From positions 8,605 to 72,604 of the forward strand of contig CAVTWU010000008.1 of NCBI GenBank assembly GCA_963738475.1: DNA of 64,000 nucleotides. Direction: 5' to 3'. The notes under the pieces are model-generated. The model was not told the origin of the DNA. It did no database searches and saw only the letters and a list, made by a program, of their open reading frames with translations. The DNA comes from an uncultured Chloroflexia bacterium (GTDB taxonomy: Bacteria; Chloroflexota; Limnocylindria; Limnocylindrales; CSP1-4). A program made the position numbers and the translations under genes. Positions 45,929 to 58,277 of the stretch are shown in pieces. Every line of letters starts with the position of its first letter. The first letter of the stretch is position 1.

Positions 45929-46173
45929 CCCGCCTGCTGCGCGAGCACCCGCTCATCGATGTCGAGATCGACGCGGCCGGCGCCCTCACCGCCATCCGCT
46001 GGAACGGCCGCCGCGAGCCCGTCGAGGTCTGCAACCGCTGGCGCATCGAGGAGGCCTGGTGGCGCGAGCCGATCGCCCGCGACTACGTCAAGGTCGTCGG
46101 CGAACGCTGGCTGGCCCTCGTCTACCTCGACCGCCTCGACGGCACGTGGCACCTGGAGCGCCTGTACGACTAG
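45925..46173 (+). CDS. small Trp-rich protein (82 aa) translationally coupled to imuB; resembles the W-rich C-terminal module seen on some ImuB proteins
   Basis: ATGA overlap at 45925-45928. End of ORF 44998..46173: MTRLLREHPLIDVEIDAAGALTAIRWNGRREPVEVCNRWRIEEAWWREPIARDYVKVVGERWLALVYLDRLDGTWHLERLYD. Uninterrupted frame. Confidence 0.65.
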   Translation: MTRLLREHPLIDVEIDAAGALTAIRWNGRREPVEVCNRWRIEEAWWREPIARDYVKVVGERWLALVYLDRLDGTWHLERLYD

Positions 46174-46600
46174 GGCGTGCCCGCCTCGTCCCGGCGCTTC
46201 CCGATGCGGCCGAGGTGCGTGTCCTGGAAGGCCGTCTGCAGCTTCAGGCCGTAGCCGAGCGCGCGGTCCATGCCGACGTGCGCGATGAGGATCGAACCCG
46301 CGACCGCCAGCGGGAACGACGCCAGCCACAGGCCCGCGCCGAGCACGATCAGGCCGGTCGCCCAGTTGTGGACCAGGTTGTAGGTCAGGGCGCCCGTCTT
46401 CGGGGAGTGCAGGTAGCCGACCATCGAGAGGTCCGGCACGAGCAACAGCGGGATGAGCAGGAACCAGGGAGCCCCGAGCCAGAGGTACAGGGCGGCGCCG
46501 GCGACGAACGCGGCGATCGACTCGGCACGCAGCCAGCCGCGAACGGCCTGGATGGGATCGCCGGCGGGAGGGGTCAGCGCGGTGAGGCTCCGAACATCAG
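46170..46600 (-). CDS. DUF4260-like small membrane protein; 5' end uncertain
   Basis: ORF 46170..46445: ..LVPDLSMVGYLHSPKTGALTYNLVHNWATGLIVLGAGLW..ILIAHVGMDRALGYGLK. Upstream in-frame extension by own translation ..IQAVRGWLRAESIAAFVAGAALYLWLGAPWFLLIPLL. Confidence 0.6.
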
Positions 46601-46793
46601 CGTGACGACGAAGAGGACGAGGAACAGGCCCACGACGAGCGCGAGCGCGCCAAGATCACGCGGCTGTGCCGACTGCACCAGCAGTCCCCCGAGCTACAGG
46701 ATCGGATTCCCGGCCGATCGCCACGAATCATAGTCCAGCCGCAGCTGCCGGTTTCGCCCATCCGGCACGTTCCGGTCAGGCGGACGGGACCGG

Positions 46794-46892
46794 TCAGGCC
46801 GGGATGTTGGCCCCGACGATGACCGCGACCAGCGCCACCAGCACGATGGACAGCGTTGCGGCCCCGAAGAAGTCGCGCCGTCTCGGCTTCAT
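46794..46892 (-). CDS. 32-codon mini-ORF encoding a single TM helix with RRRDFF N-terminus
   Basis: Own translation MKPRRRDFFGAATLSIVLVALVAVIVGANIPA. AAGGAG lies 6 nt upstream of the ATG, just after the end of the preceding lipoprotein gene. Below the ORF-track size cutoff. Confidence 0.35.
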   Translation of the reverse strand: MKPRRRDFFGAATLSIVLVALVAVIVGANIPA

Positions 46893-46907
46893 GTCAGGCT
46901 CCTTCGC

Positions 46908-47385
46908 TCACGTGTTCGGGCACGCCGCGCCGTACAGGATCGAGACCGCCGTCATCCCGCCGAGCGGCGCAGCCGTGACCAGGATGCGACAGCCGGCCTC
47001 GCCGGTCGCCTCGATGCTGTAGCTCCCGTCCTCGAACGGGGCCGTCCCGCCGCTGATGGCATAGCCGTCCGACGTCAGCTCCTTCGCGGTCCACTCGATG
47101 ACGCGCTTGGGCGGCGATCCGAAGACGGCCAACTCGGCCGAGGTCGGTCCGGTCGCCGCCTCGCTCGCCTCGGTCGCGCCCGGCGTAGATCGGGAAGTCA
47201 GCGGGAACCGTGTCCCAGATGCGGCCCCACTCGGTGTCGGTCTGGCCGGTGAGTGCCGGGACGAGGCTCGCGGTGGGCGCCGCCGATGGCGAGACCGTGG
47301 CCGACGACGCCGCACGCCGCGACGACGACGAGCGCGCCAAGAGCAGGCTCAGGACCGGGAGTCGGGGGGTTCGCACGCGGGCCAT
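46908..47385 (-). CDS. hypothetical secreted lipoprotein, frame broken
   Basis: ATG 47385 MARVRTPRLPVLSLLLGALVVVAAC (lipobox VAAC; ORFs 46894..47460 and 47198..47425). Mature part in ORF 46908..47315: ..KRVIEWTAKELTSDGYAISGGTAPFEDGSYSIEATGEAGCRILVTAAPLGGMTAVSILYGAACPNT. Confidence 0.55.
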
Positions 47386-47563
47386 CGTACCGTGGCCGGA
47401 CGTGACAGGACCCCGCCGCCCCCAAAGCAGCGGGGTCCTGTGGCCGAGCTGGTCGCTCACCGACCTGCCGGCTGGTCGGCGTACGGATCTCTGGGAACCG
47501 TCGCCGCCGAACTGTCTCGGGCCTCCCCAGGCGCCGAGATTTCGGGTTGATGTGAAGGCGGTG

Positions 47564-47698
47564 TCAGCGCACCGCTGCCTGGACTGCCAGGACCGCTGGG
47601 AAGAGGATGAAGATCAGCACGACCGCGATCAGGATCATCGCGACTCGACGCAGCGCGGCGGTCGCAACGGGCTTGATCGGCTGGATCGGTGCGTGCAT
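47564..47698 (-). CDS. possible 44-aa single-TM peptide
   Basis: End of ORF 47564..47965: MHAPIQPIKPVATAALRRVAMILIAVVLIFILFPAVLAVQAAVR. No clear RBS seen. Confidence 0.25.
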   Translation of the reverse strand: MHAPIQPIKPVATAALRRVAMILIAVVLIFILFPAVLAVQAAVR

Positions 47699-47778
47699 GC
47701 CACTGAGACGCCGATACCCCCGAACTTGTTTCGTGCCGGGGATGGGAATCTTGGCGACGCACGCCTGACCATCGGCGG

Positions 47779-49303
47779 TCAGTACGGCTGGCGGAACCCC
47801 GCATCCGGCGAACGGAAGTATGCACCCGGAACGCGTTCGAAACGAGCCCTGAAATACCACGTCCCGGCGGGCAACTTGCTGGCCAGTCCGATGCGCACCT
47901 TCGTCGCGTGTCCGATGGCCTTTCCGGGGTAGATCGTCTCGGTCGGACCCTTGCCCGTGAGCCACACCTTGTCCTTCGCGTCACGGAGCGTCCAGATCCA
48001 CGTGCCACGCTCCGGGACGGTCCCGACGTTCTTGCCGTTGTAGTGGACGACGGCCTCCACGTAGCCGGACTCTGGAGGCCACGTTGGTCACGTACGCGCC
48101 GACCGTCACGGCGTGGACCGGGGCGTAGAACTTCGATCCGAAGGAGGTCCCACAGCTCGGGGTAGCCGCGGTCGTTGTCGAGCGTCCAGATCCCGATGCC
48201 GGCCAGCCCGATGGCGAGCGCCCAGTCGTACTTCTCGGTGAGGCTGCGCTCCTCCTCGAAGTAGACCTGCCGCCACGTCTTCTTGATCGGCTCCCAGTAG
48301 GTGTAGAAGCCGCTGCCCTCGAGCGCGTCGTACTGGCGCGGCACCTCGGGATGGGCGGCCAGGAAGTCGCGGGCGCTCGCGTAGGTCACGGCCGCGACGG
48401 CGCCGTAGGTCGTCTTGTTCGACTGGACGGTGGCGTTCGGGACGTTGGCGGTGACCGGCCAGTCGTAGCCGTAGTACGGCACGCCCGAGGAGCACCGTGT
48501 TCGCCGGCGCCCACTGGAGGATCCGCGTGATGTGGGCCTTCACCGTGCGAGTCGTGTTGTCGAGCGGGGCCACCGCGCCGGCCGCGGTGGACGACGAGTT
48601 CCGATAGCCGTAGGTCATGATCATCTGGCGGTCGACGAGCGGGACGAGGCCCAGGATGAGCTCCTTGCCGGCCCCGGCCGAGGTGGCGTTGACGAGCTGG
48701 GCCGTCGGGAAGCGGGCCTTCATCGCCGTGCGGAACCGCGCGACGAACGCGAGGTAGGACGCCGCGTCCTCGTTGAACATGGGCTCGAAGTCGAGGTTGG
48801 CGCCGTCCGCCTGGCGCGCCTCCATGAGGTCCAGCGCCTGGCCGATGAACCGGTTCTGGGCGGTCGTGCTGGCGAGGAAGGCGCGCATCTTGGGCAGGCT
48901 GCCGGAGTCGAACATCTGGAACGTCGGGACGACGCGGACGCCCTTGTCGTGGGCCGCGTTCGTGATGGCCGCGACGTCGTCGCCGATGTACTCCTGGTAC
49001 CCGACCCAGGCCGGTGTCGAGGTTCCCGTCCGCCTTGATCCCGAGACCGAAGATGGCGATCGTCGAGACCAGTTCGTACTGGATCCGGTCGACGGTCGTC
49101 GCATCGATGCGCCAGTACGGGAGGTAGCCGTAGACCTCCTTGCTGAGCGGCGCGATGCCGGTGATCCGCGGCCGGATCGTCGTGGCCGCCTGGACCGGTG
49201 GCGCGTCGGCGAACAGGCCGGCGGGCAGCACGGTGACGAGGGCCAGCAGGGCGGCGACGGCCGGGCGGACCAGCCGATGGGGGCGGCGGAGGGTCGATCG
49301 CAT
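47779..49303 (-). CDS. secreted glycoside hydrolase family 18-like protein with an extra C-terminal beta-rich domain, frame broken
   Basis: ORF 48386..49303: signal MRSTLRRPHRLVRPAVAALLALVTVLPAGLFADAPPVQA, EVYGYLPYW. ORF 48106..49104: ..RQADGANLDFEPM (DGxxxDxE). ORF 47457..48482: MPYYGYDWPV..GIGIWTLDNDRGYPELW. ORF 47779..48060 gives the C-terminal domain. Confidence 0.8.
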
Positions 49304-49378
49304 CCCGCTAAGGAAACCCCGGGACGCCCGATTCGTCCAGTCCTACCTTGGTCCTGCCGATCGCGGGGTGGCGTTCGA

Positions 49379-49394
49379 TAGAACGTCCGTTCTA
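49379..49394. promoter_or_regulatory. LexA (SOS) box candidate TAGAAC-gtcc-GTTCTA upstream of dnaE2, overlapping a TATACT -10-like hexamer
   Basis: Perfect inverted repeat read directly, preceded by gttcga as at 43724-43729. It lies 45 nt upstream of the dnaE2 GTG. Confidence 0.7.
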
Positions 49395-49438
49395 TACTGG
49401 ACGGCCCCCAGCCAGCCGGTCAGGACCGGAGCGACCCC

Positions 49439-52400
49439 GTGGCACCCACCCCGTACGCCGAGCTCCACTGCCACACGAACTTCTCGTTCCTCGATGGCGC
49501 GTCCGCGCCCGACGACCTGGTCGAGCGGGCCGTGGAGCTGGGCCTGACCGGCCTGGCCGTCACGGATCACGCGGGCCTGTACGGCGCGGTCCGGTTCGTC
49601 AGCGCCGCCCAGGCGGTCGGGTTGCATCCGGTCGTCGGCGTGGAGATCGAGCTGCTGGATCCGGCCGTCGCGGATCCGGATCGCGTGGTCATCGCGCCAC
49701 GCCGTCCCAGGCGACGGGGGAGTGCCGGGGTCGCGGCGGGCGGCGGGGACGGCGCGCCGGCCTCCACCTCGGTCCCGGGAGCCATCCGACGGCCTCCCGG
49801 CCCGGCCCCGTCCCGGTCGAGCGCGGCTGCCCGGGCATCGCGAGCCGGTCAAGGAGGACCTGCGCGGGATCGGCGAGCGCACCCGCGGCCCGCACCTCGT
49901 CCTGCTGGCCCGGTCGCCGGCGGGCTGGCGCAGCCTGTGCCGCCTCATCTCGAAGGCGAACATGGCCGGCACCAAGGGCGTGCCGCGCTTCAGCCAGGCG
50001 CTCCTGGCCGACGACACCGAGGGGCTGGTCGCCCTGTCCGGGTGTCGGGACGGGGAGCTGATCCGGCGCCTGCGGGTGGGCGACCGGGCGGGCGCCCGGG
50101 CCGTGGCGGAACGGTATGCCGCGCTGTACGGACGGGGCGACGGGCCGGGCAGCAGCGGCTTCTTCATCGAGCTGTCGCACCACCTCGCCGCCGACGACGA
50201 CTGGCTGGTCGCCGAGGCCGCCGCACTCGCCGGGGAGCTGGGCCTGCCGGTCGTGGTGACGAACGACGTCCACTACGCCCGACCCGAGGACCGCGAACTG
50301 GCCGACGTCCTGACCGCGATCCGGCACGGCCGGACGCTCGAGACGCTGGCGGACCTGCGCCGATCGGACGGGGAGTCGTTCCTGAAGTCGGGCGAGGAGC
50401 TGGCGGCGCTGGCCCGGTGGGTCGGCTCGGTCGTCCGGCCGCGAGGCGCTGGGCGGAGGGGATCGCGACCTCGGTGGAGCTCGCGGCGTCGTGCCAGGTC
50501 GATCTCGGCTTCGAGCAGTACCGCTTCCCGGGCTTCGCGGTGCCGGACGGGGAGACGCCGTTCTCCTACCTCTCGGAGCTGTGCTGGGCCGGCGCGCGCC
50601 GCCGCTACCACCCGATGACCGCGGCGGTCATGACCCGGCTCGCGCACGAGCTCGATGTCATCGAGCGGGCCGGCCTCGCCGAGTTCTTCCTCATCTGCTG
50701 GGACCTGATGCAGTTCGCGAAGGAGCAGGGGATCCCCGCCCAGGGTCGGGGCAGTGCGACCAGCTCGATCGTGTCGTACACGCTGGGGATCAGCCGGGTG
50801 GAGCCGATCGCCCACAACCTGCTGTTCGAACGCTTCATCAACCCGGGCCGGACGACCTACCCGGACGTCGACATCGACTTCTCCTCGGAGCGCCGCGAGG
50901 AGGTCATCCAGTACATCTACCGACGCTACGGACCGGAGCACACGGGGATGGTCTGCAACCTCGTCACGTACCGGGCGCGGTCCGCGGTCCGCGAGGTGGG
51001 CTACGCGCTCGGGTTCCCGCGCCCGTTGGTGGATCGGGTGGCCAAGGCGCTCGAGACGTACGACTCGGTCATGGTCCGCCGCGATCTCGAAGCGGACGGC
51101 GGATTCGCCGAGTTCTTCCGGCGGGCGGGAGACGGATCGCCGGCCGAGGTCCTCGCGGCCGAGCGTGCCGAGGCCCACGGCCTGGTCGATCGGATGGGCC
51201 AGCTGCAGCAGCGCGTCCCGCTCGTGGGCAAGGTCCCGCCCTGGCGACCAGCCGCCGGCGCCGGACGATCCGGCGGCCCCACGGCCGTTCGCCTGGCTCG
51301 GCGACGACCCGCTCGCGCCGCGGACGGCGGCGTCGCGGCGGGGCCCGTCGGACGACGAGGGCGGGCCCGGGCGACACGCCGGCGAGCGTCACCTGGCTGC
51401 GCGCCGGACGAGGGACCGGCTACGAGGCGGATCGGGACCGGCTGGTGGCGCCGCCGCTCATCGACGGTCGGCGGGTGGACCCGGAGAGCGGCCAGCTGGA
51501 ACCGGCACCGCGCGCCACCGACAAGATCGGCCGGCCGACGCGCTGGGATCCGCCGCCCGCGGCGGCGACGGGGGCGGCGCGGCCACTCCTCCGTCGCCCG
51601 GATCGAGCCGGAGCCGCCGCCCCAGGCCCGCGGCGGGAGCACCGTGGGGATGAGCGACTGGGAGCGCTGGCTGGAGTTCTGCGCCCGGATCGACGGGTTC
51701 CCGCGCCACCTCAGCATCCACAGCGGCGGGATGCTGGTCACCGCCGCGCCGCTCATCGATATCGCGCCGCTGGAGCGGGCGACGATGGTCGATCGGGTCG
51801 TCGTCCAGTTCGACAAGCGCGACGTCGAGACGCTCAAGCTCATCAAGCTGGACCTGCTGGGCCTCGGGATGCTCGCGGCGATGGACGAGACGATGCAGCT
51901 CATCGAACACGACTGCGCCGTCTGCCTCGACCTCGACCGGCTGCCGGAGGACGTCCCGGAGGTGTTCGAGATGCTCCAGGCGGCCGATACGGTCGGCGTC
52001 TTCCAGGTGGAGAGCCGGGCGCAGATGCAGACGCTGCCGAAGTCGAGGCCGCAGAACCTGGACGACCTGGTCGTCGAGGTCGCGATCATCCGGCCGGGCC
52101 CCATCCAGGGCAATGCCGTCCACCCGTACCTGCGCCGCAAGCAGGGCCTCGAGCCCGTCGCCTACCTCCATCCCAGCCTGGAGCCGATCCTCAAGGACTC
52201 GCTCGGCGTGATCCTCTACCAGGAGCAGATCATGCGGATCGCCATCGAGGTCGGCGGGTTCACGCCGGCCGAGTCGGACGGCTTCCGGCGGGCGATGGGG
52301 ACGTGGCGCTCGAGTCGCGAGATGGAGAAGCTCCACCAGCAGTTCTTCGATGGCTGCCTGCGCCAGCCCGGGATGACCGCCGAGATGGCCGAGGAGCTGT

Positions 52401-53572
52401 TCCGCCAGGTCGCGGCGTTCGCCAGCTTCGGGTTCGCCAAGTCGCACGCCGCGGCCTTCGCCCGGACCGCCTACGAGTCGTCCTTCCTGAAGCTGTTCTA
52501 CCCGGCGCAGTTCCTGGTCGGGCTCGTCAATGCGCAACCGATGGGCTTCTACCCGGTGGAGGTGCTCGTCAACGACGCGAAGCGGCACGGCGTGACGGTG
52601 CTCCCCGTGGACCTGGCACGCTCGAGCTACAAGACGACGACCGAATGGGTGGGCCGGCCCGGCGAGCCACTCCCCGACGGCGCGGGGGTCGCGGCCCGGC
52701 CCGAGCCGATCCGCTCGCCGGCCTGCGTCATCCCGTCCGCGGCGTCACGCGAGCGCTGGATCCCCGAGGTGACCGCCGGGTGGGGCGTCCGCCTGGGCCT
52801 GCACCTGGTCAAGGGGATCGGCGAGCAGCACCAGGCCCTCCTGGACGGGGAGCTGGCGCGCGGGCCGTACGCGAGCCTCGCGGATGTCGTGGAGCGGACC
52901 GGGCTCGGCGAGGAGGTCCTGGAGCGGCTCATCCGGATCGGGGCGATGGACGGCCTGGGCCAGCCGCGCCGGTCGTTGTTGTGGCAGTTGCGCGAGGTGG
53001 CCGCCCCGATCCGCGGCAAGTCGACGGGGAGGGGAGCCGGCAAGCGGTCCGCGGTGGCCGGACGGCCGATGGACCTGCGGCTGCCCGCGACGGAGGCTCC
53101 CGCGTTGCCGCCGCTGACCGAGTCGGAGCGGATCGGCGATGCCTACGCGGTCATCGGGCTGGACGCGCGGCGGCAGGTGGTCGGCCTGTTCCGCGGCGCC
53201 CTGGACCGGATGGGCGCGGTGACGAACGCGGCCCTCTCGGAACGGCGGCCGGGCACGGTGCGGATCGGCGGGCTGGTCGTGACCCGGCAGCACCCGATGA
53301 CGGCCAAGGGCACGGTCTTCCTGGCCCTCGAGGACGAGACCGGGATGGTCAACGTCACGCTCTGGCCGGACACCTGGGCCCGCTTGCGTGGCGTCGTCCG
53401 GCGGAACGCCCTGCTGCTGGTGGACGGGGAGTTGCAGCGAGAGGGGTCCGTGGTCAACGTGGTCGCCCGGGAGATCCGGGCACTCCCCGAGGTGGCCGCC
53501 ACGGTCGCCGGACCGGGCGGACCGGACGGGGTGCGCCAACTGGGCCATGCCGGGATGCGCCGCCTGGGCTGA
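49439..53572 (+). CDS. dnaE2: error-prone DNA polymerase DnaE2 (ImuC), compensating frameshifts (~49700-50450) and a low-complexity stretch (~51150-51650)
   Basis: ORF 49439..53572: MAPTPYAELHCHTNFSFLDGASAPDDLVERAVELGLTGLAVTDHAGLYG (PHP domain) ..GRGSATSSIVSYTLGIS..YPDVDIDF..PRHLSIHSGGMLV..VGVFQVESRAQM..IIRPGPIQ..FGFAKSHAAAFA..; OB-fold end ..GLVVTRQHPMTAKGTVFLALEDETG. ORF 49722..50618 carries the out-of-frame part. Confidence 0.9.
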   Translation: MAPTPYAELHCHTNFSFLDGASAPDDLVERAVELGLTGLAVTDHAGLYGAVRFVSAAQAVGLHPVVGVEIELLDPAVADPDRVVIAPRRPRRRGSAGVAAGGGDGAPASTSVPGAIRRPPGPAPSRSSAAARASRAGQGGPARDRRAHPRPAPRPAGPVAGGLAQPVPPHLEGEHGRHQGRAALQPGAPGRRHRGAGRPVRVSGRGADPAPAGGRPGGRPGRGGTVCRAVRTGRRAGQQRLLHRAVAPPRRRRRLAGRRGRRTRRGAGPAGRGDERRPLRPTRGPRTGRRPDRDPARPDARDAGGPAPIGRGVVPEVGRGAGGAGPVGRLGRPAARRWAEGIATSVELAASCQVDLGFEQYRFPGFAVPDGETPFSYLSELCWAGARRRYHPMTAAVMTRLAHELDVIERAGLAEFFLICWDLMQFAKEQGIPAQGRGSATSSIVSYTLGISRVEPIAHNLLFERFINPGRTTYPDVDIDFSSERREEVIQYIYRRYGPEHTGMVCNLVTYRARSAVREVGYALGFPRPLVDRVAKALETYDSVMVRRDLEADGGFAEFFRRAGDGSPAEVLAAERAEAHGLVDRMGQLQQRVPLVGKVPPWRPAAGAGRSGGPTAVRLARRRPARAADGGVAAGPVGRRGRARATRRRASPGCAPDEGPATRRIGTGWWRRRSSTVGGWTRRAASWNRHRAPPTRSAGRRAGIRRPRRRRGRRGHSSVARIEPEPPPQARGGSTVGMSDWERWLEFCARIDGFPRHLSIHSGGMLVTAAPLIDIAPLERATMVDRVVVQFDKRDVETLKLIKLDLLGLGMLAAMDETMQLIEHDCAVCLDLDRLPEDVPEVFEMLQAADTVGVFQVESRAQMQTLPKSRPQNLDDLVVEVAIIRPGPIQGNAVHPYLRRKQGLEPVAYLHPSLEPILKDSLGVILYQEQIMRIAIEVGGFTPAESDGFRRAMGTWRSSREMEKLHQQFFDGCLRQPGMTAEMAEELFRQVAAFASFGFAKSHAAAFARTAYESSFLKLFYPAQFLVGLVNAQPMGFYPVEVLVNDAKRHGVTVLPVDLARSSYKTTTEWVGRPGEPLPDGAGVAARPEPIRSPACVIPSAASRERWIPEVTAGWGVRLGLHLVKGIGEQHQALLDGELARGPYASLADVVERTGLGEEVLERLIRIGAMDGLGQPRRSLLWQLREVAAPIRGKSTGRGAGKRSAVAGRPMDLRLPATEAPALPPLTESERIGDAYAVIGLDARRQVVGLFRGALDRMGAVTNAALSERRPGTVRIGGLVVTRQHPMTAKGTVFLALEDETGMVNVTLWPDTWARLRGVVRRNALLLVDGELQREGSVVNVVAREIRALPEVAATVAGPGGPDGVRQLGHAGMRRLG

Positions 53573-53762
53573 ACGAGAGACGCCGATGACGACCTCGCGG
53601 CCATCACCGGCGCCCGGGACGTCTCCACATCGAGTCGATCGGGTGTCGCCCTGGCGGCCCGAGCTTCCGCGTCAGGCGGCCGTCACGACTCGACGACGTA
53701 GCGCATCCACACTCCGGTTCGCACGGGGGCTCGGGGCGGATTGCGCGGATCGCGGAACGTGC

Positions 53763-54589
53763 CTAGCGGCGGGCGCCGGCCTTCTGGTCTCGACCGGTCG
53801 TTCGCGACTTGCCGTCGTTCGGCTTCTTCTTGGCCTCGGCGCGCTTGCCGCGGTTCGGGTTCGACAGCTGGAGGAAGCGGCGATACCACGCCGCACCGGA
53901 CGCGAACAGGGCGCCGAACACCGGCGAGAGCAGGAACCCGGACGTCGCGAGTTCGCGGACCTGGTTCGGATCCGGCGTCGTCGCCCCGAAGATGGCCGTC
54001 GGGAAGGCGTAGAGGATGAAGGCATACGACGAGGGCCGCGACCAGGCCGACGATGATGCCGAGGAGCCAGCTCGCCCGGGGCGCCAGGAAGCCGGCGATG
54101 AACACGCCACCGATGGCCGGCGGCTGGATGAAGTACTGGAAGATCAGGGACGTGACCGCGGCGACGATCGTGTTCTGGACGCTCACCGTCGACGCGAACG
54201 CGATGGCGGCGGTCCCGGCCAGGGTGATGAGGATCGGGACCCACAGCGCCTTCGTGTGGAGTCGCGAGCCACGGGAGGGCGGCGAGGTCGGCCCGGATGT
54301 CGACGGGGTGGAAGGCCTGTCGGAAGGCCGTGCCCATCGGCAGGCGACCGCCCGGCGATGACATGGTGGTCGCCCCGGACGAGGTCCTGGCGGCTGTCGA
54401 ACCGTTGGCGGTCGGCGCCGAGGACGGCTCGGTGTCGACGTCGCCCTCGACGGCGGCGGTCGCGGCGCGGTGGCGGCGGCGCGCTTCGGCGCGATCGGTC
54501 CTCTTTGCGCGGGCCAACGGTGTCTCCTGTCCTGGCCCCGGGCGGGGCGCCTGACGCAGCGGTGCAGGCGGCTCGGGCGTGGCGGACAT
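53763..54589 (-). CDS. hypothetical polytopic membrane protein with disordered N-terminus, frame broken
   Basis: ATG 54589 MSATPEPPAPLRQAP.. (ORF 53672..54673). ORF 53683..54624: ..ALWVPILITLAGTAAIAFASTVSVQNTIVAAVTSLIFQYFIQPPAIGGVFIAGFLAPRASWLLGIIVGLVAALV. ORF 53763..54110: ..YAFILYAFPTAIFG..FLLSPVFGALFASGAAWYRRF.. with a Lys-rich tail. Confidence 0.5.
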
Positions 54590-54708
54590 CGTAGCGGATG
54601 GCCACCGGATGAGCCGTCGTGCACGGCGAGATAAGCCGGCGTTGAGCGCGGGTCGGTACAACGGTCCGGTCACGACCCGCCTTCCCGTGTCCCGCCGGGA
54701 GGTCAGTC

Positions 54709-58202
<3,494 letters not shown>

Positions 58203-58277
58203 CGCTCGTGAGAACGCGGGACTATCCTCGGCCGAGTTTCGCGCCAGCGAAGCAGCCACACGAGCGAGGGAGCGGTC

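Noticed and set aside
46575-46690. Possible ~34-aa hydrophobic ORF (..LGALALVVGLFLVLFVVTLMFGASPR) upstream of the DUF4260 gene
   Set aside because: It has no ATG and no clear RBS, overlaps the uncertain DUF4260 5' end, and could simply be that gene's mis-framed N-terminus.
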